A stretch of 64,000 nucleotides of DNA from Heptranchias perlo (taxonomy: Eukaryota): the NCBI RefSeq assembly GCF_035084215.1, contig NC_090335.1, positions 52,328,001 through 52,392,000 on the forward strand, in the 5' to 3' direction. The position numbers and the translations under genes are program-made. Under the pieces are notes generated by a model, which saw nothing but the letters and a program-made list of their open reading frames with translations, searched no databases and had not been told where the DNA came from. This document shows, piece by piece, positions 24,781 to 39,009 of the stretch (the first letter of the stretch is position 1; every line of letters starts with the position of its first letter).

Positions 24781-27700
24781 GGTAGACAGTATGAAGCAGA
24801 TTTCTTTTACTTTATGCAATTCTTTTGTCACTGTAAGCAATTCACACTTTTGAAATAAGATTAGTGTAAGACTGAAGACATTAAAAAATTTTTTTAGTTC
24901 ATACAATCATTAATAAGTCTTTGGTTTTATCAGCACAATGTAAGGTTGCTGGCATGTTTCAAAAGCACTGAGCATGGCAGGAAAGACCATCACTAACTTT
25001 TACATTCAGAGTGAGTGCTATTCTCAGGGTATTTTTAATGATGGACACAACACCCTTCCTGATCTCATACAAGATTGTCAAAACTGAACAGCCATTTGTT
25101 ATTCAACCAATATTTGGCTACTAGCACTTCTGTGCAATGGTCTGTTTGGACTTGGGTATAGCTGAGGGATAGAGCCAACGAGAAGAGTTACTGCACAGTG
25201 ACAACTCTACAGGGCAAGGTATGAAGACATATTCTAGTTTCCAATTAACACAAATGCACCTCATCAGGGATTAGGCTTGTGGTATATAAGCACATAATTT
25301 TTGTATTTAAGTGTGGCCTTAAGAAATTGACAACGAAGCTCCTATTATAAGTGAAAGCATCAATAATCATCAATAATTTGGGCTGAATGTTTAAGAATGT
25401 ATTTATCCATCTGATTTACTTAAATAATAAAAATTCAGCAAGTTAAATCAGCCTACATTTTCACTTAACTAGGGTCAATAGCCTGCCCTGATGACCAGAG
25501 ACGAGAGTTTTGGTCGCCGAATACTGGGTTGGCATCTAGCGGGAGTGGAATGGTGACCCGCCATCACATCTAGCCAGTTCTCTGTAGGGAGCTGTGAGTC
25601 AGGCTAATGACCTGCCTATGTAAAATGGACTTTGTTATGGAAACAGCCCAGAGCAAGGTCTGCTGGATGTAAAGCAATGGAAGAAATGGGTTGCCTCATG
25701 TGCCGTTAGGCACTGGTGAGAAGAAGTGGTTCAACAGTTTGGCTAAAATTTCAGTGGGAGATAGAGGTGAGGAGGGCATTAAAGACCAAGTAAGATGAAC
25801 ACAATGAAATTAAGGGATTGCAATATGCCCAATGTTTACTTAAACTTTAGTTGTCAATTCTGACTGCTGTTATTCTCCTGCTGTGCTAGTGCTGATACAT
25901 GCCAGATTTTTTTAAAAAAAAAGTATACAGTCAGTGGCAGGTTCAGCCACTCTGAGGGGGGAGATTAAAGCGAGTTACTCAGTCACGAGTTAGAAATGAG
26001 GTATACAACAGCTCCTGTACCTAGGACAATTGGTGACACCACCATTTAAGCAACTGAGGAAGAAAATGAAATAATCATACCAGGCGAGTAGATAGTGTAA
26101 CTTACAGGCATTTCCACTTAAAATTTGTAAGATGCTCAAGTAAAATAGGTCACCAGACACGGTTTTCCTCCAATCTCATAATTCCAGTAACAAAAACAAT
26201 CATGTAAAGTCTTGCTGCACCGATGACTCCACTGAATAACATAACTTCAAAACCCACAGTTGCACAGGACGTAACAATCCCTAGGGTAGTTAGAGCAGTC
26301 ACAGATACTTTCAAGTTCCTAAACTTCTATTTGGTAACTGACGTTAAGATATTGATAGCTGCTGATTTGATAGTACAATCATTTTTAAAAAGGTATCCCA
26401 ATGTACTGATAACCAAAATATAATGGAATACAATAGGGCACTTTTACTGAGAATATGAGATTTCTTTCCTCAGGTAATTAATCCCTACCACAACTAAATT
26501 ACTAGTATATCACAAATTGAATGGTCTATAATTAAGCGAACAATAAAACAAAACCCAGTAATTTTTGCTGCAGATCAAGACTGTGACAATATCCCAAATG
26601 CACCAGAGTTTTCAAAGGTCTTTACTGCAATGGTCTTATGCCAGCTTCTGCGATTATGGTATATCAACTTTGATGCTACTAAAAATGGGTGCCCCCAAAA
26701 AACAAGTTTGGGTTTGCACAAAAGTAAGTAACTGTATGATTGTCCTATGGTAGATGTGATGCTTTTAAAACTTATATGGAGGCTTTTATTTGGGATATTT
26801 GAATAAGGTTGCTATAAAGATCACACAAAGTTAACTATGCAAACCTGTCTGGTATTCATAGCAATCGTGGGGATAAATCTGACGTAGAATTTCATTTTCT
26901 TCCTCAGAGTTCCTTCATTTATTAATTTACTATACAACCTGATCCATACTTTTGTTCCAAGTGCTCTTCTTGTATAACTGAAATGGATGCATCAAGACTT
27001 TTTCTTTTTTACATCTTTCTTCAAGACTATGTAGCTCTTTACAAAACCAGCCACTAAAATGAGAATCAATTCTACCTTCACAACCCACTAGGGCACGTCT
27101 GTTAGTAAATTTTCATTTTTTTTTTAAAGATATAAAACTCAAGGTAATCACCCTTCTGTACTTTCAGAATCCTTAATTTAGTTAGTTGCTACTTTTAATT
27201 ATTCTAATTGAATGTCATCAATTAACAACTGAACTACCAATTTGGTTTTCTTGCCTTTCCTTATCAATTCAAAGTGAGGACTTTAATATCAGTGATGAAG
27301 CTGTGTGTATCTACCAATTAAAAGTTAACAAATTTATTTTGCTTTCTTTGAGACTTGAGGTGAAAACAGGAGGGGATGAATAACAGCAGGTTTAAAGGCA
27401 TATCAACAGGTGAAAAGTTTGTTTAATTATAAATTGTTATCCTATATAATGGAGGAGGGGGGCTTAAATGTAGGCATCAAATAATGATCTTACTGCACAA
27501 GAAAACACAGAGAAAATGAATAATTGGTTACCCCATGGTAAAAGGAAAACAGTATGATTACAGAATTTTTGTAGCATTTCAGACCTCAAGTCAAATTTTT
27601 TAAAACCACAATTTCACTATGTTTCTCTATACTTGTAGGTTATAAGTTAATACAAGGGCATATCAAAGAAAGCATAATAAAGCTCAAATGGTCATACATC

Positions 27701-30700
27701 ACATGCTTCCTTAAATCTGAGTCAGCTGCGATGCTTTCACTGGGTGCTTCATACGAATACAGTATCAAGAGCTGGGCAACGTTTTTAATACTGCAACAGG
27801 GATGAGCAAAAGTTTTGGAATATTTCAAATTTCTTCTAGGAGGGGGAGCTACAAAAAGGAAAAATGCTCTACAGATTGCTTGGAGCTATAGCAGGTGAAT
27901 ACTGAACTCCCAAAGGGGTAATTTCTGAATCCTTTATCTCAAATGATAATCAAACTCACAAATGTCACAAACAGAAAATATCACTAACGCAGATTCAGTT
28001 AGGTGGAAGGGATAAAAAGTATGCTTTTTTAAAAATAAAAATTAATTTGTAGCAATAATGAATAGCTAAATAAATAGAAAATGGATGGAACATTTGGGAA
28101 ACATAGGAATACCGAAATCATCCAGACACCATGTGAACTTTTCTTGCAATTATAAAGTAAACCAGCAACAAAGAAACCAGAAATAATAGTTTTTGATATG
28201 TATTTGCCCAGAAAAATAATTTGGCCCTGCACTCAGAAGCCAACAATAACCGGATTACTAGAGAAGAGTGCTTGGCAGCAGTGCAAAAAGCTGGCAACAC
28301 TAATCCAGCCCAACCAAAAAAAAGGTTTGTTATATGATCCCTCAATCCCAAAATTAATGATGAATAAAAAGGAAAATAAAAAGTGATTAACTAAATATAG
28401 GAAAAATAGTTGCATTTTATTTGAAAGTGGATTATTCTTTACTTGTGGAGAAATTGGAGGACAAAAAGCTGCCTGTTGACAATAAACATTCCCAGGCAAG
28501 GTTTGTGAACTCCAAACTTTTTGTTCATCCCTATACTACAGAATGTTATGACTAAGTGATTTGGTAAGTATTAGCTTAACATGACCAGACCTAAATCATG
28601 GTGAGGATAACTGGATATTTTAGGAAAGAAAATTCCTTCAATTACCTTGTTTGGTGGGGCAAGTTAAATTACCAAATATCTTGACACATCAATTTTAGTC
28701 TGGAGTATTGTATTGCCCAACCCTGGTACCACCATAAATTTCTAATACAAGTGCACAGAAAACATCAACACTGACCAATATTCATAGACCATCATAAATA
28801 CCAGACTATTGCTATATGTAATGGCACTAGAATGGTATTAGTTAAACAGGGCTCATAAGTGTAGTTCTTCAGTGTCACCACTGCAGCCCTCTCCTAGAAT
28901 TTTTAATTGCCCACATACTATCTAGTTTTGCAATAACTTTGGATATTATTGATATTAAACCTACTCTAATGAAAATATGCTGTAATAGGCAGGCAAACCT
29001 TGGTAGCCATCTATTTTTGGAAGGTAGCACTATAGCTGAATTAGTGATAATATTTAAGGGTGTGCAATATAATGCATTTATTAATATTGTTTTCATGCTG
29101 CTTAAAATGTAAACTACAATACTTAAAAATATAAATATGATATAAAATTTAAATAGTATTTTTTTAAAAAAGCAAACCAGATTCAAAAAGTCAGCCATTT
29201 CAAAATGTAACCAATTAGACATTTTTCACAGCTAGATGTGTTATATTGCGTGAAACTTAAAAGGAAACTGACAAAAGGCAGGAAAAAAACACTAAATGAC
29301 AATAGCTAATTTAACACATAAGTCATGTAGCTAAAAACATAGAATAATGGTAAATATAGCCCAAAATACATGTACAAGAGGTTAGATGGATAAAGTTGCC
29401 ACTTCAGTCACTTGATGTAGTCAGTTATATGGACTTTTTCCAACTCGTCCTCATGACACATAAATTGCACACCCCTAATATTTGCCAGTACAGAACTGTA
29501 TCTTCGAAAAGTCAAATCATGCTATTGATGATTCATAGCAACCTCTGAATACAAATGTCAGATTTAAAATGACTGCTGAATCCATCTGTATGACACAATC
29601 TAGTTCGATACCTTGAGATTACCACCAAATTGCTGCAAATTCTCATTCCACCAACTGAATGCAAAAAGGAGAGCTAGGATAGTCAAAGTGTTAAGCATCT
29701 GTTACTCCAAAGCACTAACCAAATGCCTGGAGACAACTGTAGCCACTTATCAACGCAACTGTTCTTTGATCAGTCAAGCAGGTGCAAGGAGCAGGATATA
29801 TTTTTGGTCTAGACTGAATTATTTAGCATTGCTATCAACAATAATAATAATACAAAGTTAAAAACTTACTCAACTATTAGTGTGACAAACACTACATTCA
29901 ATTTACAACACAAATAAAACATTTTCACTTTTTCCTTTTTTTTTAAGAAAACACCTTTTCTATAGTGGAACCCTCTCCCATCCCCTGACATTGTTGAACT
30001 AACCCCTTTCTAACAAAAGGCCAGTGGAAAATGAATGGTATGGTACTGCTTAAAAATGAAGAATACAAATCTTAACTAGTTTAAAAACAGTGAGATGAGG
30101 CATGCTAAAACTTAGGCCACATATTAATTAATAAGAGTTGCAAAAGAAGGCATTTGCTTTGGCAAATAGAATCACAAAGTAATTGATTTCTTTCTTTAGT
30201 TATCAAGATCACCTTTTAAAAAGAGAAACTAAATTCATAAACATTTTTTTTTAAAGTACAGAATATCACCCAAAAATCAACATCTACATTCTAAATCTAC
30301 AATCATATCCACCAGGAATAGTTTTTGCGTTTGCAAAGCAAGCCTGTAATTGCTAAGCTATGCTGAGGTATTTCTTTTCTCATGGAAAGATTGCAATGAT
30401 GGAAAATTTTGCTCACGTTCTATTTATAGGGTGCAAGATCTGTCTCATTTCCCAATGAAAATGTTTGCACAAATAGCTTAAAGCCAACTCTTTTAAAAAG
30501 GATTTTTCATAATATAGTGGATAACATTAGTATGGTGCTCTAATGGGATTTCCCTCCACCCCCGATTTAGTTCATCTAAAACGGGGCAAATGCATCATTA
30601 TTTGATTTTAATTCTTGGTCTCCCTATTATTTACACAGGAACCACTCAATGCCATACAGCTTTCAGAAAGAATAACGACATGGTGTAAAGCTCATGACTG

Positions 30701-30885
30701 CTCCATAAACCTCTAACAAAAGCACAACTTAAATGGGGCAAATGGAATATCAGTTTCCTCCAATCAGCCCAAAGATAGAGTTCCCTGATATGGCGCTCAC
30801 CCTACCCTACCATGATAATCATATCAATGACAATCAGCGACTCATTATTCCAGCAGAACTACACAGCATGTAAGGACATTACTGC

Positions 30886-31158
30886 TGCTAGAGGATTTAA
30901 GATAATTGTCAAAAGAACCAGAGGGGAGATGATAAGACTTTTTTTTACACAGCGAATTATGATGTGGAATGCACTGCCTGAAAGGGGGGTGGAAGCAGAT
31001 TCAACAGTAATTTTCAAAAGGGAATGTGATACTTGCGTCAAAATTTGAAGGGCTATGAGGAAATAACTGGTGAGTAGGATTAATTGGATAGCTCTTTCAA
31101 AGAGCCGACACAGGCATGATGGGCCAAATGGCCTCCTTCTGTGCTGTAAGATTCTATG
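30886..31158 (+). mobile_element. CR1 3'-end fragment
   Basis: RGFKIIVKRTRGEM..FFTQR..WNALPE followed by the tail ggcctccttctgtgctgtaagattctatga. Confidence 0.85.
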
Positions 31159-34100
31159 AATTCCATGGATTATCGTAGGACAATTTCTACATTTTGTGCT
31201 CGGGAGACAATCTGATCACATCAATACGGGTCCTGTACAATGTTTTTACCAACTGATTTTTAATAATGAAACGTTATGTCTGTAGAAAGGGACGGATCTT
31301 ATTCATTTAAAGCTTTATTCAATAGCACTTGGTTTAATAGAGTGCTGTCATATTTGAAGATGTGAGATATTGCCACAAGTAGGGAAATGAATCCCCAAGA
31401 GTTACAGTGTCAGTTTTACAATCAATTTAAATGTGATGTTTTGTTTCGGGGAGGGGGGAAAGAGAGAGGGGGGAAAGAGAGAGGAGAGAAACAGAGATTA
31501 TACACTATACAGATAGATATTATAAATCTGTATCAATTAAACTATCATTTTGATTACTAGGAGCTAATGAACCATGATCTAAACTGTGTTTGTAAATACA
31601 ATATAGGTGCCTACAGGGTTAGACATTCTCCACTTCAATTAAGTCAATTTCTAAAAACTGGATACGGCATATCTTCTAAAAGGACCATTATAACAGCGTT
31701 GACCTGGTTGATGGTGCCTGTCCCGATTGTTTGTGGCAATTTTGATACTAAAAACTTATAATATATATTTTAATTGATTCTCTGTTGGTCACATCCCCAA
31801 ATAAGAGTCTATAAAGTTAGGGAGCAAAACGTAAAATAAAAATATGCACTTCATTTTTAAATAATGCAAAATTGCATTCTTATGATGCATCAGAACAAAG
31901 GGCATAACAACTTGTGGCAGAATATTAAACTAAAATAACTTTTTAGAAATTATTAGCTATTAGCTGATCAAACTGTTACAAATATGATCATGCGCTTGTG
32001 TTAGAACTGGGCAAAAAGGGAAAAACCTTCAACGTGGAACTATGACTCAATCTAACGCTTAAACTGAAATGAGGTATACTTGTGTATGTTTAATGTACAT
32101 CAAAATTATTTGGCTTAGTCCAGTGTACATATACACACTGTAAAATTTAGTTTGTGGCAATTTTGGTCAAGCCTTTGAAGGCCAAAGTCAAAAGCTTGTT
32201 ACTTAAAGGTTAGGAACGGCATATACATGCATTACAAATATGCAAAATGTATGCACATAATACATTCAATTTTTTGTAATTAAAATTCTGAGATTCAAAC
32301 ATATATACATATAAAGCATGACCAGAAATAAAATGATATATTCCAAGGATATGGGAAAATAGATCAGATTGATATGAGGAGTCACATTTAGCCTGGTTTA
32401 TTTTAGAAACTGACTTTTTTGTGTAACTTCAACGAAAATATACAAATTGCACCAACAGAGGGCCAGTTTTAGACTGTGAACTCAAGAACTGTATTAAAAT
32501 TGCCTATGGTCTTCTCATTTACAACCCTCAACAGCCTGAGGAGGAGGAATATTTGAGCCCATGTCTCAAAGGCAATAAGACAGCATTTGAATTTGGTAAT
32601 GCTACTGAAATACCTCAACTATAAAATTTTGCTACCATCTGGTTATGGGATTTCACATACTTAGGTTTGAAATTTAATCCCCTAACATCCAAAACTTTCA
32701 AAACAAAAAGATCTAGAAAAGCTTCTGCTGCAAAAAAAAATGACTGAAAATACCAAGATTAAAAGTCAACATTTTAGAAATTTCTTTAAAACAGAGGTTA
32801 GGAGAGTTCAGAAACATGGGTAAAGTATTCTTCACAAAGAGAAAATTGATGGTTAATTATCAGTAAGAGCACTTCCAGATTTCAATATTTCTAAGATGAA
32901 TGTTTTATGTTTTAATGTCAATATTATCCCACCTTAAATAGCAGCTTCCCTTTTACAAGCTTTATTTACTGAACTGAAAAAAGTCAAATTCTATTCAAGT
33001 GGATTGATGTAATAAATTAGTATGTGACCTACTTTATTTTAAGCCATGGAAAGATGGCAAAATGGGACAATAGCACAAATGGTGGTTTTAATCAATTAAG
33101 AGCATGAAATGTAATCATAACAGCTCTGAATTATTTTCTGTTACCAATTTAAATTACTCATTTTAACTGTTAAACTCAGTATTCCCTATATTTACCCATA
33201 TATCATTCAGTTTCAAAAACTTGCTAACACAACCCATCCTATAGACACACCTCAATGTCACATAAGCCATCAGAGTCTGCAATGTTGGTGCAAATGGTAC
33301 TGCCTAGCTCCAATTTGTACAATAGCAAAACAGTTTCCCGAATGAAAATCATGTTTTGATCGCTTCATCCTCAAATTAAGCAGTATTTTCTTTGCAACAG
33401 ACTAATAGTGATATAATGACAGCCTTTGTAGCAAAATATTAACCCTTTAAGGAGTACAAAATTAGAGTTTTCCCCATCTTATTTTCAGTTGTCTTATTCA
33501 CAGACACAATGAAGATTCAAAACTAGTCCAGTTGGATTCAAAACTTAAATACAAACTGAGGTCTGATGTCAGCTGCAAAATGTTACTTTAAAAATTTCTA
33601 TGGGAGAATTTCCTCAATTTCTGTTTCACTACCCCTGTCAATGACCAGCATTCAGTTTTGTTTTGAACTTAAAACTGAGACAGCTACCTTTAGTTACACC
33701 TCTAAGCTTATTTTTCTTCTCACTGCTTTTTGGAATATTTGCCATTTATGGAGCAAATGACTTAAGTAGAAAAATCAGGTGCAACAAAAACGCTCTCAGA
33801 AACTGTAAAAGCCATTAGTCCTCAAAGGGGTTAGCAATAAATTGATGAACCAGTTTTGTCTTCTAATCAAATCTACTTACCAAAATAAAACAATATACAA
33901 TGAAAGCAGTCCCCAAAATACACTGGACTGACTTCAGTTGTACTAACATAGGCTGAATGTTGAAACTTACCCAGCCAATTTATTTTCTATATGCCAAATG
34001 CACCATTCCCTAAATGAAAGATTAATTGGGCAATCTGTTTCCAAGCCTTGAGCCACGCTACCTGGCAGGTAGGAAATGTGCAAGTAAGCACAGGTCGACT

Positions 34101-36806
34101 CTAAGAAAGCATCTCACCTTTATTCAAACACCCAGCTAGCATTAGGTACTCATGGGGAAATCTTTCCACGGCATCGCACATTGTATTTGTGGACAAACAC
34201 AATTCAGCATTAGGCTCTGAATCAATTTATTGTTGAAACTGATATGACTGTAGACAGCGAATCTTTTAAGATAGCTTTCATTGCATAGTTTGTACTTTTG
34301 ATACATCATTAATTCTTTCCATTCGCAAGAAACTATGCACCTTTTTGTATTTTGGGTGTCATTACAACATAGTGCAATGGGAGACAACAGTAATAAGGGT
34401 AGATGTTTCATGAATCTGCATTGGGTGGGTGCTGGGATCACAGAAAGACCTGGAGAAATTGTAAATCTCTGCCATAGGAGGACTAAAGGATTTCAGTTTA
34501 CATTTGTGCATGGGGTCCAAACGTTTCCTACTTGTCCATAAGCCCAGAATCTACTATTGGGAGAGTAACAATATTCCTCTAAAATTTGATTGACTATCCA
34601 GTGAAAATAGTACAAGAGTACATCAACTAGGATACAAGTACTGCAGCAGTACAATCCTGAAAACACCAGTACAATTTGTCACAGGATCTATCTGTACATT
34701 TTAGACACTCTTAGGACTTGAATACCTTGAAATAATGTTTTCAACCTCTGTAATATCACTATCACCAGTCTACATTTAGCCATCCAGTAAATTTGAATTG
34801 CCCAATGAAAACTGGTTGCACCAGACTCTTGACAAAATGGTTACTACTCTGCAATAATGTAAAGTCCATGTTTGAAGATTCCTTTACCTGAAAAACGACA
34901 TTAAAAAGTTGAAAATAGTAACTGTTTACCTTTTATGAACAGTAGCAACTAAATTACTGATGCCTATTAACTGCACTCCTGCAAACAATGTCATTGGTAC
35001 AGCAGCTAGGTAAAACTGACTTTGGTTCAAGCTTTAATAGCTGTCCATATTTGGTAGGCAGCCATATTCATTTTGTTTGCAGTTTGGTAGTGTAACCCTA
35101 CCAATACTGCAATTTTTATGTCTTGAAAAGGAGATAAATGTAGTTACTAACAGGGGAAAAAAATGGTGGCTGTCATTTTTTTTAAGATTAAGAAACTAGT
35201 TTAGCTGCATCCAGTTATTGTTACCAGCACAAAGAACAGCACTAACCACATACACTCCAATGACAAAATTAGTTGAAGTGCCCAGTTTGTTTAAGTAAAT
35301 GTACACACTATCTCTGTGCAGCATTATGGGTGAACAACACAGTCAGCAACAGAGCACAGGGATGTCCAGATGAACACTCACTTGATTCAAGCATATTATT
35401 TATTGAAGAATCAGTTATGTGTTTATCAGGAAATATTATGTGCTTCTGGACTGAAGCAAATTGTACCCCCACATTCATTTCCAGTGGGCAACTCGGCACA
35501 AAGTCCATATGTAACAGGTAACTAAATTTGCTGTTGTTCATTAACCAATTGGACACAATAGACAGCCTGGCCACAGTAATCATTTAGCTTGTAATGCAAT
35601 CCTTGCCCCCACTTCCATAAGCACATTGACAGAAAATGACAGGCACCATTTTTACTCCATGTGAACTGCAATGCTCTACTCCAGTCCTTTAATTTTTGGT
35701 TTTAATACGCTTACAGCAATGGTTCAAGCCATACTGTGCATACTGTAAGCCTCTTGTTTCAAAACAACCCTATTTTCCATTACAGATAAACAAACTCCAA
35801 ACTGAGCCAACATTAGATACGTTATCAGGCCCTACAGGGAACATACATTATCTAGTTTCTATAAATAAATCAGTTTCTGGAAACTGGGCAGTGAATGTTC
35901 CCCTCTGGAGACCACTTTTCACTGTTGGCCTGGTTTGGATTGTAGTTTGCTCATCTCTATCATTTTCCATGATGGTTCCAACTGGTTCCAGTATCTGAGC
36001 AAAGACAAAAGCTTCACAAGACACCCATGATCCACTGACTATAAAGTCTCCTCCATTTCCAGTTGTTCAGCCGAGTGGATCAATATCTCTGATGGTATGA
36101 CATTTGCTAACATATCCAACCATTACATTTAGGTTGGACAGACATACTAAGCCATTTTAAAAACAAAGAATGTTTTTAAAACCACCAGTTTGTGAACTTT
36201 TGTCTCAATGCATCAATCTTTGAATCTTTCCTACAAAAATAACCAACAGTAAACCACTTTATACAAACGGTGCATAAATCTACAGTGTACCCGACAAGGA
36301 ACAACCTTTTTTTAAGAAAGGAAACCATTTCAAGAGACATTAGCAAGAAGAAAAAAAATAAAAACCCAATGTAATTTTCTTAACGGTATACACAAGGGAA
36401 AAAAAGATGCACAAGCATCCCAAGTACAGGCCTGCCTAAACTGTACCAGTTAAAGAAACCCATGCTATTTATACATGATATAAACACCTTTATGAAACAA
36501 AAAGGCCTGTACAACAGACCTAATTAAAATAAACACAATTAAAAAGAACTAATAAAATAGATACTAAGAGGAGACAGAACCCTTGCCTATGCATTGTTAA
36601 TGACTCCTATATTGTTACGACCGTCTGAAACGATAAATATTCACGTGTTTCCTTTTTGGTAAAAGTCTTTTTTTTGTCATTTGTGACACAATCCTGAAAA
36701 ACAAGCAAGTTAAAAAAATTAGGCAAACATCAGTTTTGCTTTAGCTGGAAGCAGCCAACTGAACATCCCATTACTGGATTAAATGATCCACTCTAGGGAT
36801 TACGTC

Positions 36807-37105
36807 TCATTGGGCCTTGGTGGTGTTGGTGGCCCCGCCTGCTGAGTTCACAGTGAACGAAGAGTTCTGGCTGGAATCAGCTGATATAGAGGCCGTCTGG
36901 AGACTGGCTGCTTGTCCAGTTGCCCCGGCAGCGGATATCAGGCTTATGGCTGGGTTGCTGGTGAGTAAGGAGAGGTTTTGTGGGTTCAAAAAAAGAGGGG
37001 CTGTAACGATGTTTGGAGTACCCCCTGGGTTCGCTGCATTGGCAAACAATAGATTTCCACTGGCATCAAAGGAGGTTATAGGAAGTGTTCCACTAGATGC
37101 AAGCG
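36807..37105 (-). CDS. POU2F1: POU2F1 (Oct-1) last coding exon: (A)[51 protein letters not shown]...TTKAQ*
   Basis: Acceptor tttttctcag, phase 1; TGA at 36807-36809. [21 protein letters not shown] and the KAQ end match the Oct-1 C-terminus. Confidence 0.95.
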
Positions 37106-38920
37106 CTGAGAAAAAAAGAGAAAAGAACCCAGATTAGAACAAAAACTAGCCTTGCAGAGCTATTAGTATCATTATTAGTATATCGAAAAGGGAAATAGAG
37201 TGGAAAATGGTACTCCTAGTGCTTGGCTGACATGCACATTAAGAATATTGATAAAAATGTCCAAGCAACAAAAAAATGTATTATTGGATGTTGTATGTGA
37301 ATGTGATGAAATGAACATAAAACATGAATTTTAAGTTCTATTCATCCAAGTTTTTCCAATATCTGGCATGAAGAAAGAAATGTGTAAGTTCTAGAATCAT
37401 AAAAATCCGTTTGTAGTAACAAGTACTGCAAGCTTCTGTTTTAAAAAAAGGTCGCTTAAAAACTGTGACTCTGAACCTATGTGTGAGATAACACATTCCA
37501 TGTGTGTATTCATTTCTTTTGTCTGATTTTAGCCAAGGCGTAACCCAAGTTAAAAAAGGAATTTCATGTGAACATGTTAAACTTTTGTATGCTCTTATCG
37601 TTTACTGTTTGATGTGCCTCATGCTGCTTAATTTTACGAATCAATACATTTTACTTTAATTCTCTTATGTTCTTGTAGCCTGAATCTCCTTCCATCAGAT
37701 GAGTTGGTTATATCCAATTTTTCTATATGGGAACTGCAGATGTTCACATCATCAATTTTTTTTAAGGCAACTCAAGCCTTTTCTGACAACCACAAAAAGA
37801 TCTTTTTCTAAAAGAGCCTCTTATACAGCCGAACAAGAGATCATTCAACTACTCATGAATAATTTTCTTTAAGGGTAATACCTCAAGTAATTCTCGCTGT
37901 GGGAAGATTGCTTTTGTGTGTGGAGGCTAAATAAATGAAGAACATACAATTTCAGGTGGTATGGTTCCATAGAATGTTCAAGCACTATTATGTAGCTTCA
38001 TAGATTGAGAGGTTACACATTCATTTCCCGTCTCTTCAGCTCAGTTCACAACTTCAGCTATGCCATTGTGAGGAAGCACCATACAGAAGCCCGGTAGCAT
38101 CCCACATGGAGGGAGGGGAGTGTCATGTTTTATGTTAATATTGTTATTTATATTTTTCAGATTTTTTTTGTCCTTTACAATAATAGCTATATTTCACAAG
38201 GACAAATGCTATTTAAGACTGACAAAGTTTAGCTTCAGATTTGGAAAATAATACCTTAACAAGAATTCTAGCAGAGGCTGGGCTTTTAGCTCTGCAGGAG
38301 ATTCTGAATATTTCTTCATAGGTCATTCTCTGATGAGGACTGGATCTTTTGGCCTTCTCTTTGTCGGACACTGAAGCACTGAGTTTGTCATTTTATGACA
38401 CGAAGTAACATTTTTGTACTAAATATTTGTTAGGTTCATCTAACGTTTCCAGTGACCTTTTGCGCAGTTTCATCAGGATATCAAGGAAGAAATAGTCCAA
38501 TATGTCACACATCTAATATAGAGGACATTTCCATCTCGAGGATTGGCAAAGTAATTTTTGGATCTCTCAATATTTGATTTATTATAAGCTATAACAATTC
38601 TTTCTCAAATGAGAGGGGATTTTGGCTGCCTTTCCAACTTTATAAATATTTTACAATATGAGCAACAATATTGAAAGCCATTTTTCCATATGTGACAGAT
38701 ATTTAACAATTTTTGTTACAGTTCTAGAGTATATTAAAATATAAGATATCACCATTCATTAAAAATAAAACATTTTTGAGGCACTACAACATTGAGATGT
38801 CATTCTTCCTTCAACTTGAAAAGCACTGACTTTTTACAAAAGGGTAGGACACATTCTATAGAAAGATATTCTCGTTTGATACAGGGTATAGTGGATATGC
38901 AGGTTTCTGCAGTTACTGAC

Positions 38921-39009
38921 CTTGAATAGTTGCCAGTGTGCTATTACTCATTAATGCTGGACTGAGAGCACCACCAAGACTCCCTGGATTCAGACTTAGT
39001 AAGGCACCT
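38921..39009 (-). CDS. POU2F1: POU2F1 penultimate exon: (G)[29 protein letters not shown]
   Basis: Acceptor tttttatag and donor gtcagt; 89 nt, phase 2/1, compatible with both neighbours. Not in the ORF track. Confidence 0.95.

Larger units (their letters stand above)
24000..36806 (-). other. POU2F1: Probable very long POU2F1 3'UTR (distal boundary approximate)
   Basis: Directly follows the stop codon, is AT-rich and nearly TE-free, and includes a block resembling the mammalian distal Oct-1 3'UTR / CD3eta exon 9 at ~24.6 kb. Confidence 0.55.

Noticed and set aside
25488-25522. CTGATGA followed by a GAGA-capped stem, as a possible hammerhead ribozyme
   Set aside because: The conserved GAAA core after stem II is missing, and stems I and III are not convincing.
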